From NCBI GenBank assembly GCA_038087875.1, contig CM075993.1:4280001-4344000 (forward strand): a stretch of 64,000 bases of DNA. The letters are read 5' to 3'. The position numbers and the translations under genes were made by a program. Shown here one piece after another: positions 1 to 11,535 of the stretch. This DNA is from Malacoraja senta (lineage: Eukaryota). Within the stretch, counting starts at the first letter, position 1, and every line of letters starts with the position of its first letter. A model generated the notes under the pieces. It did not search any database. It was not told the DNA's origin and was given only the letters and a program-made list of their open reading frames with translations.

Positions 1-508
1 TGGTGGTTGGATTATTCAGTTGCCTGATAACAGCTGGGAAGATACTGTCATTGAATCCGGAGATATGTGTTTTCACACTTCTGTACCTTTTGCCAGAGGG
101 GAGAAGAGGGAGTGACCAGGGCGAGACTCGTCCGTAGCCTTGCCGAGGCAGCATGAAGTGTGGATGGAGTCAATGGATGGGAGGTTAGTTTGCTGGTGGT
201 CTGGGTATCATCTGGAGGACATCCGTAACATCCGGTATATGTTATTAATGAAAGAAACGTGTAAATGAGCAAACGCGATCCATTTTGGAATTCTGAAGTT
301 GGGTACATGTCTCTACCTGTTAAAAACCGCCAAAATGTTGAATTTATTCGCTGTAAAAAAATGTGGAAGTCGGGGTAAGTGTGAGGGACATGTACCCAAC
401 TTCAGAATTCCAAAAGTGAAACGAAATGAAGGTAAAGAGAAGCGACAGCTGAAGGGACAACAACAGCTAAAGTGCTTGGCGAACATTGGCCGTGCAGATA
501 TCGGAATA

Positions 509-1404
509 GGGAGGTTTCACGGCAGTCGGGTCACGACCCATGACCCGTACTGTTGCTACGCTACGCCAAATGGAGTACACGCGATGAACTGCAGGTAAGC
601 ACTTACCATTGTTTCCAGCGTAGCGGGCCCTTTAAAACCCGCTGAAATTGTCAAATTTGCGCTGTAAATAATTATGGAAATCGGGTTAAGCGTGAGAGAC
701 ATTTAGCCTACTTCAGAATTCAAAAAGTGAGGAGAAACGATGGTAGATAGAAGCGAGAGCTGAAGGGACAACAACAGCCAGAGTGCTTGGCGAACATTGG
801 CCGTTTGCTCACTGCATTTCATCAACTAAGGCATTATTTGTGTTTTTTCTTGATTCCTTTTTCATCTAAAAAGTCTCAGAAGGGATAAATCTGGCTGTAC
901 AATTTTAAAATCGCCCATGGTTCTCAAGTGGGTTTTCACATACAAAAAGAAAACTCCTCTGAAGCAAAATTTACAACCAGATTTATCACTTCTGAGACTT
1001 TTTAGATACCAAAGGAATCAAGAAAAAATCCAAATAATGCCTTACCGTTGATGAAATGCAGTGAGCAAACGCGATCATTCCCAATATTTTCAATTCCGAT
1101 ATCTGCACGGCCAATGTTCGCCAAGCACTTTAGCAGCTGTTGTCCCTTCAGCTCTCGCTTCTCTTTACCTTCATTTCGCTTCAATTTTGGAATTCTGAAG
1201 TTGGGTACATGTCTCTCACACTTACCCCGACTTCCACAATTTTTTACAGCGAAAAAATGCAACATTTTGGCGGTTTTTAACAGGTAGGAAAGTAGCGTTT
1301 CTTGCATTAATAACATATACCGGAAGTGACAGATGTCCTCCAGATTGATTGAGCGGCTGCGTGCTTCAAGCCCTATGACCCGGTGACCTTACGTGCAACC
1401 CCCC
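509..1404. mobile_element. Non-autonomous, internally palindromic DNA transposon (Sola-like?), nested in an inverted copy of itself (210..508 + 1405..1905)
   Basis: TIRs GGGAGGTTTCACG / CGTGCAACCCCCC (11/13); flanks AATA/AATT; flanking arms are reverse complements of the internal parts. Confidence 0.7.
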
Positions 1405-1909
1405 AATTGGAAATATTGGGAATTATCGCGTTTGCTCACTGCATTTCCTCAACAGTAAGGCATTATTTGTGTTTTTTCTTGATTCCTTTGGTATCTAAAA
1501 AGTCTCAGAAGTGATAAATCTGGTTGTAAATTTTGCTTCAGAGGAGTTTTATTTTTGTATGTAAAAACCCACTTGAGAACCACGGGCGATTTTAAAATTT
1601 TACAGCCAGATTTATCCCTTCTGAAACTTTTTAGATGCCAAAGGAATCAAGAAAAAACACAAATAATGCCTTAGTTGATGAAATGCAGTGAGTAAACGGC
1701 CAATGTTCGACAAGCACTTTGGCTGCTGTTGTCCCTTCATCTCCTCGCTTCTATCTACTGTCATTTCTCTTCACTTTTTGAATTCTGAAGTAGGTTAAAT
1801 GTCTCTCACGCTTATCCCGATTTCCATAATTATTTACAGCGCAAAAATTGACAATTTCGGCGGGTTTTAACGGGCCCGCTACGCTGGAAACAATGGTAAG
1901 TGCTTGTTG

Positions 1910-2130
1910 GTACACAAAAATGCTGGAGAAACTCAGCGGGTGCAGCAGCATCTATGGAGCGAAGGAAATAGGCAACGTTTCGGGCCGAAACCCTTCTTCA
2001 GTCTGATTCAGTCTGAAGACGGGTTTTGGCCCGAGACGTTGCCTATTTCCTTCGCTCCATAGATGCTGCTGCACCCGCTGAGTTTCTCCAGCATTTTTGT
2101 CTACCTTCGATTTTCCAGCATCTTCTTAAA
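1910..2130. mobile_element. Inverted pair of Penelope-like 3' termini (one example of many)
   Basis: Two ~95-bp arms in near-perfect inverted orientation around 2002..2008; same sequence as the tail of 52810..53228. Confidence 0.75.
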
Positions 2131-2571
2131 AACTCAGGAACTAATCTTCCTTTCTCTTTTTTTTTTGTGCTGTATGCATTGCTGGAAAGGCCAAGATTTG
2201 TTGCCTGTGCTCAATTGCCTTCCAGAAGGCGGTAGTGAGCTGTTGACTTAATGGTCAGCACCTCTGCAAAAACAAAAGGTTACAAGTTCTGGGCACGAAA
2301 AACCAAATTCCGTGCACGATTTAGCTCCAAGGAATGTATTGGTTCCCTGCAATGCACAGAGACAGCAGCTAACACGTGAGATTTGTTGCAAACAGTTTAT
2401 GTTTAATTGCTTGCATGGATTTTTTTTTTTGTTCTCCCCCGGAAGCATTATATTTTCTTCCGAGGGAAATTGGCGTGTGCAGCATTCGGCGGAATAAAGC
2501 TAGACGTGAATATTCCCTTCCTGTGTTTTCCCTCTCCAGTCCCTCCCCGTCCCGTCGGATGGAGTTGCCGG

Positions 2572-2670
2572 ATGGCGTCTGGATGCGCTCCCCCCAAACT
2601 CCAGGAGTACATCCTCACCGAAAAACTGGGCAGTGGATCATACGCCACTGTTTATAAAGCCTACAGGAAG
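2572..2670 (+). CDS. ULK3: ULK3 Ser/Thr kinase, first coding exon ([33 protein letters not shown])
   Basis: Gly-rich loop [11 protein letters not shown]; acceptor cctctccag ends at 2539 (suggests an upstream UTR exon outside the window); donor AAG|gtgaga at 2671. Confidence 0.92.
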
Positions 2671-3067
2671 GTGAGAGACAGCCCGCCCAGTGCATGTATC
2701 TGTGATGTTAGTTACTTTGCAAAGGACAGACACAAAATGCTGGAGTAACTCAGCGGGACAACTTGTCCCGCTGAGTTACTCCAGCATTTTGTGAAGCAGC
2801 ATCTCTGGAGAGAAGGAATGGGTGATGTTTCGGGTCGAGACCCCCTTCTTCAGACTTTGAGAACTCGTATTAAACGCAGCGTTTCTTTTTATCTCGTTAA
2901 TGCACTGTCAGATCTAATTAGAGCACATGTAGCAAATAATATCGTGGTGAAATCCTTTGGAAAGAGACTTTGGGGTAGAAGCCAGTTGGTCTATTTTCTC
3001 CAGTGTCTCCTCTTTCTGAAAGAGACAACAAGTGGTGTGAAATGTAAACAACCCCCAACAATATAAC

Positions 3068-3440
3068 AATATAAGATTGTTAAGGGTTTGGACACGCTAG
3101 AGGCAGGAAACATGTTCCTGATGTTGGGGGAGTCCAGAACCAGGGGGCCACAGTTTAAGAATAAGGGCTAAGCCATTTAGAACGGAGACGAGGAAACACT
3201 TTTTCTCACAGAGAGTGGTGAGTCTGTGGAATTCTCTGCCTCAGAGGGCGGTGGAGGCTGGTTCTCTGGATGCTTTCAAGAGAGAGTTAGATAGGGCTCT
3301 TAAAATAGCGGAGTCAGGGGATATGGGGAGAAGGCAGGAGCGGGGTACTGATTGGGGATGATCAGCCATGATCACATTGAATGGCGGTGCTGGCTCGAAG
3401 GGCCGAATGGCCTACTCCTGCACCTATTGTCTATTGTCTA
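3068..3440 (+). mobile_element. CR1-type LINE 3' fragment
   Basis: Same family as 19160..19670, whose translation has RTRGHSLRI...FFSQRVVSLWNSLP; ends in ctattgt repeats. Confidence 0.8.
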
Positions 3441-5171
3441 ACCCCTCTAGAGCAAAACTGGAGACAATCAGCAGGTCAGGCAGCATCTGTGGAGTGAGAA
3501 TCAGAATTACTGTTCAGGTTGGGCAACCAGGACCAAACTGGGAGGGAGGGGGCGAGAGAGAAAGAAAGAGAGGGGGGGAGGGGGTTGGTTTTCACCGAAA
3601 ATAAACACAAAATGACAATAGAAAATAGGTGCAGGTGTAGGCCATTCGGCCCTTCGAGCCAGCACCGCCATTCAATGTGATCATGGCTGATCGTCCCAAA
3701 TCAGTACCCCGTTCCTGCCTTCTCCCCAAATGCTGGAGTAACTCAGCGGATCAGCCGGCATCTCTGGAGAGAACGACTAGGTGACGTTTCGGGTAAGAAA
3801 CATAAACATAGAAACATAGAAAATAGGTGCGGGAGGAGGCCATTCGGTCCTTCGAGCCAGCACCGCCATTCATTGTGACCAGGGCTGATCGTCCCAAATC
3901 AATAACCCGTGCTTGCCTTCTCCCCATATCCCTTGATTCCACTAGGCCCTAGAGCTCTATCTAACTCTCTTTTAAATCCATCCAGTGATTTGGCCTCCAC
4001 TGCCCTCTGTGGCAGGGAATTCCACAAAGAGGGGTGAGTAGAACAAGGGGAATCGGGACCAAAGGGGGACAGTTACAAGCATGTTATGCTTCTTAGGCTA
4101 AAGGGGAATAAGAATAGTTGAGAACCATGCTACAGATATAGTAAGTAAATTGTATTTATATAGCACGTTTAAATCAACTTGCGTTGAAACCAAAGTGCTT
4201 TACATAGAAGAAGTAATTAAGTTTCCGTACATCTGTAGAAAAATTTAAAAAAATTTAAAAATGACACAACACATTATAGAATTCAACATGAACGTCCCCC
4301 CCACAACAGAATCAAAATTTTCTACTGTGGGGAAAGGAACCAGAAAGTTAAGTTCTCTTCCTCTGTGATCACCCGAGGTCGGGGCCTATTTGTGGCCTCC
4401 GCAGCCAGCCTGATGTTTTCAGGCCCTCTTGCCGGGAAGATGGAACTCCGCCGTCGGGTGAACACTCCTCAGCGGCTTGTAAATGTCTGGAGCGGCAGTT
4501 GTACAAGTCTTTCCTCTTTCAAGTATTTAAAATTGAGATGACAGAAGAAAATTAGGTTGGACAGCAGAGTGACGCAGCTGGTAGAGTTGCTGCCTCACAG
4601 CGCCAGAGCCCTGGTTTATCCCTGACCTTCAGTGTAATTTAGCTTAGAGATACAGCGCGGAAACAGGCCCTTAGGCCAAACGACTCTGCACCGACCAGCG
4701 ATCCCCGCACATTAACACTATCCTACACACACTCGGGACAATTTCACATTTATACCTAGCCAATTAACCTACAAATCTGTACGTCTGTGGAGTGTGGGAT
4801 GAAACCGAAGATATCGGAGAAAACTCACGGGGATAATGTACAAACTCCGTACAGACAAGCACCCGTAGTCGGGATCGATCCCGGGTCTCTGGTGCTGTAA
4901 AGCCATAGCACCACCGCTACACCACCGTGAGTGCTGTCTGCGTGGAGTCTGCACGTTCTCCCTGTGGCTTTCCTCGGGGTTTACATATCTGTAGTGGTGC
5001 TGCAAGCAAGTAAGGATCTCGACCCGAAACGTCACCCATTCCTTCTGTCCAGAGATGCTGCCTGTCCCGCTGAGTTACTCCAGCTTTTTGTACCTATCTT
5101 CAGTAAGTATTTCATTGTTCTGTTTCAGGGGCGTATGACAATAGAAACACTCTTGACCCTCTCTTTATCAG

Positions 5172-5312
5172 GTTAACAGCCGCGAAGTGGTGGCCATTAA
5201 GTGCGTGAGTAAGAAAAGTTTGAACAAAGCCTCGGTGGAGAACCTCCTCACGGAGATCGAGATTCTTAAGGCAGTCAAACACCCTCACATTGTCCAGCTG
5301 AAGGATTTTCAA
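5172..5312 (+). CDS. ULK3: ULK3 coding exon 2 ([47 protein letters not shown])
   Basis: VAIK lysine and helix-C glutamate; cag| acceptor, |gtaagt donor; 141 nt, phase 0/0. Confidence 0.95.
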
Positions 5313-5313
5313 G

Positions 5314-5911
5314 TAAGTCAAGTCACTTTTATTTATATAGCACATTTAAAAAACAACTCTCGTTGGCCAAAGTGCTTTACATTGGTGGAGGTACTGACGT
5401 TATACAACAGTGGTTCATAGATTAAGTACAAACATAAATACATACATATAGCCCTCACTCAGAGGACGTCAAGAAAGGCTTGAGAGTAAAGATTAATAAT
5501 AATAATAATTCATTTTATTTACTGGTGCCTTTCTAAAACCCAAGGACACCTTACAAGGTATAGAATCACAAAAAATATAAAACACATAATCGGAACAAAT
5601 TAAATATAAAAACACCACAGTACAGTACAGTTACAGTACAAAGATGAGTTTTAAGTCTCGATCTAAAGGAGTCGATGGAGGGGGCAGTTCTGATGGGAAG
5701 GGGGTGCTGTTCCACAGTCTAGGGGCTGCAACCGCAAAGGCGCGGTCGCCCCTGAGCTTATGCCTAGATGTTCAGTAACCCCAAGTCGGCTGATCTGAGG
5801 GACCTGGAGGTGGTGTGGTGGGTAAGCAGACTTTTGATGTAGGTGGGGGCAAGGCCCGTTAAGGGCTTTGTAGACGTAAAGGAGGATCTTGACATTTATT
5901 CGGAACCGCAC
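5314..5911 (-). mobile_element. L2-type LINE 3' fragment
   Basis: Minus ORF RFRINVKILLYVYKALNG resembles the L2 ORF2 C-terminus; 3' tail abuts the ULK3 exon 2 donor. Confidence 0.65.
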
Positions 5912-7342
5912 AGGAACAAGTCAAGTCAAGTCAACAAGACGCACAACTACATCAAAGTTAACAGAAACATCCACTACAGCGGCTCCCCCACACTCCTCAC
6001 TGTTATGGAAGGCTATAAAGTCTCATCTTCTTTCCTCCTTATCCTCCCGCGGACGAGGTAGTCGAACCGTCCGTAGTCGGGGCGATCGAAGTTCCTGCGA
6101 TCGGGAAGGTCGAAGCTCCTGCGGTTGGAGCTCCCTTTACGATGTCTCAATGGCATCTTTCCAATGGCAGGGTGGGCCAAAACTGAATGAAGACAATTGA
6201 AGAAGGGTCTCGACACGAAACGTCACCTATTCCTTCTCTCCAGAGATGCTGCCAGTCCCGCTGAGTTGCTCCAGCTTATTGTGTCTATCTTTGGTTTAAA
6301 CCAGCATCTGCAGTTCCTTCCTACACATTTTGAATGCTCCAAGTGTAGACTTGTACAACTTTAAATTTGTATCCCAGCTTCTATACCCCCATTGATGATG
6401 GCCAGCGTGCCAAAAAGAAAAGACACAAAGTGCTGGAGTAACTCAGGGGGTCAGGCAGCATCTCTGGAGAATGGTGACGGTTCAGGTCAGGACCCTTCCT
6501 CAGTCTGAACATGGTCAGTATCCATCCATTCCCTGCCTGTTCATGCATCCAACCCCATCACACTATGGTATTGTTCACTACAGACGATTGAATGCGGCTC
6601 CAGGGAGAGAAGGGGTCTGAGCTGAGGGGGGGGGGGGGCTGGGTTTATACATAGAACAGGGCAGCACAGGAACGGGCCATTCGGCCCACAATGTTTGTGC
6701 CGAACTAGACACCAAGTTGAACTGATGGGACTGGAGGGGCGTTTGCTCCCTGCAACTGTGTTTAGAAACATAGAAAATAGTTGCAGGAGTAGGCCATTCG
6801 GCCCTTTGAGCTAGCACCGCCATTCAATATGACAATGGCTGCTCATCCAAAATCAGTACCCCGTTCCTGCTTTCTTCCTTTCAGCCATGATCACAATGAA
6901 TGGCGGTGCTTGCTCGAAGGGCCGAATGTCCTCCTCTTGCACCTATTTTCTATGTTTCTATATGTTTCCCATATCCCTTGATTCCTTTAGCCCTAAGAGC
7001 TAAATCTAACTCCCTCTTGAAAACATCCAGTGAATTGTCCTCCACTGCCTTCTGTGGCAGAGAATTCCACAGATTCACAACTCTCTGGGTGCAAAGGTTT
7101 TTCCTCCTCTCAGTCCTAAATGGCCGACCCCTTATTCTTAAACTGTGTGACCCCTGGTTCTGGACTCCCCCCCCCCCCCCAACATCGGGAACATTTTTCC
7201 TGCATCTAGCCTGTCCAGAATTTTTTACGTTTCTCCAAGATCCCCTGTCATCCTTCTAAATTCCAGTGAATGTATAAGCCCATTCGATCCATTCTTCCAT
7301 CACATGTCAGCCGTATGACGTACCTCGTTCCTGTGTCCGCAG

Positions 7343-7463
7343 TGGGACGGGGAGAATATATACCTCATCATGGAGTACTGCGCTGGAGGAGATCTCTCCC
7401 ACTTCATCCGTAGTCGGAGGGTGCTTCCCGAGAGAGTGGTCTGCCGGTTTCTGCAGCAGCTCG
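7343..7463 (+). CDS. ULK3: ULK3 coding exon 3 ([40 protein letters not shown])
   Basis: Kinase hinge MEYCAGGDL; gcag| acceptor, |gtaagt donor; 121 nt; not in ORF track, read by hand. Confidence 0.95.
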
Positions 7464-8897
7464 GTAAGTGGAATCCCACTGGAATGGCGTCGTTTTTTTC
7501 CCTCTGATCCGCGGGAGGTTTAGTTCAATTTAGAGATACAGCGCGGAAACACAGGGTCCCCGTCGACCAGCGATCCCCGCACACATTAATACTGTCCTAC
7601 ACGTACAAGGGACAATTTTTTGGAAACATTTACATCAAGCCAATTCACCTACATCACTGTGCGTCTTTGGAGTGTGGCAGGAAACCGAAGATCTCGGGTG
7701 AAACCCGCGCAGGTCACGGGGAGGCCGTACAAACTCCGTACAGACAGCGCCCGTGGTCGGGATCGAACCCGGGTCTCCGGCGCTGCATTCGCTCTGTAAG
7801 GCAGCATCTCTACCACTGCGCCACCCGTGACGGCCGTGAAAGGTTCCAGTGCCTTTCTGGATCATCCGTTTTGCCGGACAGACAGAGGTCACGGCCTTGG
7901 GGAGGGCGGCGAGACACCAGCCCGTGAAGTCGCCCGTGGTGGTCGGCGATGGGAATGGATTTGCCGGCTCCAGCCGGGCCGGAGGTCCAGAGCCCTGGCC
8001 GCAGGGGGGCAAATTCGACCCGTCGATTGTCACGGAAGTCCCCGGTGAGGTCAAGATCGGCCGCCTCACCGTGGCCACAATTTCGGGGGGGGGGGATTTA
8101 GTCCGTCTGATCCGGGGGGGGTGGACCACCAGTTGCCGGGAAATCGGTGGTGGACCTGTACCAATTCAAGGAGACGTGAGGAACTGCAGATGCTGTAATA
8201 TTGAGCAAAACACAAAGTGCTGGAGGAACTCTGCGGCGCCAGGCCGCGTCCGTGGAGGTAAATGGGCAGGTGACATTTCGGGTTTCGGGTCTGAAGGAGG
8301 GTCCCGACCCGAAACGTCAGCTGTCCATTTCCCTCCACAGATGCTGCCTGGCCTGTTGATTTCTTCCAGCATTTGTTGATTTGGGAACTACTCATGTTCG
8401 AGGGACTTCAAGAATCGGCCCACATCTTACTAGGAGGTGAATGTTGCCAGGATTCTGAAAGCCAGTGAACGTTAGTCATCTTCACTGTGGGCGGCACAGT
8501 AGCGTGGCTGGTGGGGCTGCTGCCTCGCGGCGACATAGACCCGGGTTCGATCCTGACCTCTGGTACCATCTGTGTGTGTGTGTGTGTGTGTGTGGAGTTT
8601 GCTCGTTCTCCCAGTGACTGCGTGCGTTTCCTCCGGATGCTCCCGTTCCCCCCCACCCCCAAAGTTAACAGGCCGCTGTAAATTACCCCGAGTGTGTAGC
8701 TGAGGATAGATTCTCTGGGGAGTTGATTGTGGGGAGAATAGAATGGGATTGGTGCAAGTGGGAGGTCGATGGTCAGCATGGACTCTGTGGGCCGAAGGGC
8801 CTGTTTCACGGTGTGTAACTCTGAGTCTGACCTTCAGAGATGAGCTGGTTTTTCTCTCTCTCTCTCTCTATCTCTATCTATCTCTCTCCATCCACAG

Positions 8898-9002
8898 CCT
8901 CTGCTCTGCAGTATCTTCACCAGCGTCACATCTCTCATCTCGACCTGAAGCCACAGAACGTTCTGCTCAGTTCCCAGTCTTCTCCTCACCTCAAGCTGGC
9001 TG
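8898..9002 (+). CDS. ULK3: ULK3 coding exon 4 ([35 protein letters not shown])
   Basis: Catalytic loop HLDLKPQN; polypyrimidine tract + cag|, |gtgagt; 105 nt. Confidence 0.95.
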
Positions 9003-10390
9003 GTGAGTTCACGTCCGTCCCTCTCCATCCCTCCTTCATGCTGATAGTCACAGGATGCTGGAGTAACTCAGCAGGACAGGCGTCAATCATGGCCCTCTTC
9101 ACGTTGCTGCCTTTACCCCCCCTCCTCATCTCCGTTGCCCACCCACCCAATATATCAATAGCAATCAATCAATATCAGTTTTATTCGTCACTTGCACATA
9201 AAATGCAGTGAAACGAATTTGCCAGCAGCGGTACAATGAAAAAAACACACAAAAACACAATAAAAATTGAACACAAGCAGCCACTGTGGTGGAAGGCACA
9301 ACATTTGGCCAGTCCTCCTCCATTTTCCTCCTTGCAACTTTCACCGGTTGCAATCTCCGCTTTAGTTTAGTTTAGTGTAGAGATACAGCGCAGAATCAGG
9401 CCCTTCGGCACACTAACACTATCCTACACCCACGAGGGACAATTTTTACATTTACCACCAAGCCAATTAACCTACAAACCTGTACGTCTTTGGAGTGTGG
9501 GAGGGAACCGAAGATCTCGGAGAAAACTCACGGGGAGAACGTACAAACTCCGTACAGACGGCGCCCGTAGTCGGGATCGAACCCGGATCCCCGGCGCTGC
9601 ATTCGCTGTAAGGCAGCAACTCTACCGCTGCGCCACCATGACCGCCCATTAAAAATACTCAATGACTTGGCCTCCACTGCCCTCTGTGGCAACGAGTTCC
9701 ATGGATTCATCATCGTGTGAATAAATAAGTTCCTCCTCAACACCATTCTAAAGGCACGTCCTTTTATTCCGAGACGTTGCCCTCTGGTCCCTGACTCTCC
9801 CATTACTGGACCATCCTTTCTGCATCCACTCTATCCAAGCCTTCTGTAGTATTGAATGTGTACCGGCAATTGACCATGCTAGTAGATCGGATGGACTGAA
9901 TGGCCTTCCTTTGCCCCCTAAAGTTTCCAGATTGCTCTCTGAAGCCACTCGTACAATCATGGCATTTTAGGTAACAATCTTTACGCGGGCGGTGTAGGTC
10001 TTCATGGAGACCAGGGACTGCAGATACTGGAATCTGGATCAAAACACAAAACAGACTCATCCGACACTGCAAGAAATGGCAGAGAATTGTGGACGCAGCC
10101 CAGACCATCACATTAACCAACCCCCCTTCCTTTGAAGACAGACACCAAATGCCGGAGTAATTCTACGGGTCAGGCAGCATCTCCGGAGAAAAGGAATCGC
10201 GTCGAGACCCTTCTTCAGACTGAGACCCCTCCACTTACACCTCAAGCTGCCTCGGCAAGGCCAGCAGCATCATCAAGGACCAGTCGCACCCTGGTCACTC
10301 CCTCTTCTCCCCTCTCCCGTCAGGCAAGAGGCACAGAAGTGTGAAAATGCACACCTCCAGATTCAGGGACAGTTTCTTCCCAGCTGTTAT

Positions 10391-10960
10391 TCAAGATTCA
10401 AGAGAGTTTATTGTCATGTGTCCCAGATAGGACAATGAAATTCTTGCTTTGCTTCAGCACAACAGAACATAGTAGGCATGAATACATACAGAACAGATCA
10501 GTGTGACCATATACCATTATATAAATATATACACACATGGATAAATAAAACAGATAAGGTGCAAACAAACAGATAATGGTCTATTAATGTTCAGAGTTTT
10601 GTTACATTTGAGTTTAATAGCCTGATGGCTGTGGGGAAGTAGCTATTCCTGAACCTGGACGTTGCAGTCTTCAGGCTCCTGTACCTTCTACCTGAAGGTA
10701 GCGGGGAGATGAGTGTGTGGCCAGGATGGTGTGGGTCCTTGATGATACTGCCAGCCTTTTTGAGGCAGCGACTGCGATAGATCCCCTCGATGGTAGGGAG
10801 GTCAGAGCCGATGATGGACTGGGCAGTGTTTACTACTTTTTGTAGTCTTTTCCGCTCCTGGGCGGTCAAGTTGCCGAACCAAGCCACGATGCAACTGGTC
10901 AGCATGCTCTCTACTGTGCACCTGTAGAGGTTCGAGAGAGTCCTCCTTGACAAACCGACT
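10391..10960 (-). mobile_element. Rex1/Babar-type LINE 3' fragment, nested in a + strand fragment of a related element
   Basis: ORF 10591..10953: YRCTVESMLT...IIKDPHHPGH...LPSGRRYRS...RFRNSYFPTAIRLLN. Confidence 0.75.
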
Positions 10961-11391
10961 GAACCATTCTAGCAACAACTAGAGAGCAGTCCTGAGCTGC
11001 TATCTCCCTCATTGGAGACCCTCGGACTATCTTTGATTGGACTTTACTGGACTTTATCTTGCACTAAACATTATTCATGTTATTCCCTTTATCATGTCCC
11101 TGTACACTGTGTGGACGGCTCGATTGTAATCATGCATGGTCTATCCGCTGACTGGTTAGCACGCAACAACAAGCTTTCCACTGTACCTCGGTACACGGGA
11201 CAATAAACCGAACTCGAACTCGTAGCCGAGAGCTGGGAGAACTCAACGGGACGGGCAGCAAGTGTGGAGGAATCAGTCTGCCTCTTCCGCAGATGCTGCC
11301 TGAGGCGCGGAGTATCTTTTGTGCGTTTCCGGGACTGATGGCCCTACTTTTGTGTCCCATCCCCCCCCCCCCCCCCCCCCACCCACCGCAG

Positions 11392-11535
11392 ACTTTGGCT
11401 TTGCGCAGCACATGTCCCCGTGGGACGAGAAGCGCGTACTGCGCGGCTCCCCGCTGTACATGGCGCCCGAGATGGTTTGTCGGCAACAGTACAACGCCAG
11501 AGTGGATCTGTGGTCAGTCGGAGTCATTCTGTACG
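11392..11535 (+). CDS. ULK3: ULK3 coding exon 5 ([48 protein letters not shown])
   Basis: DFG and APE motifs; cag|, |gtgagt; 144 nt; phase matches exon 4. Confidence 0.95.

Noticed and set aside
299..1316. Paired homologous ~100-aa ORFs on opposite strands
   Set aside because: Result of the inverted transposon arms; no recognisable transposase motifs
7635..8395. GC-rich 100-176 aa ORFs in ULK3 intron 3
   Set aside because: Overlap SINE and Penelope fragments; no recognisable domain or splice context
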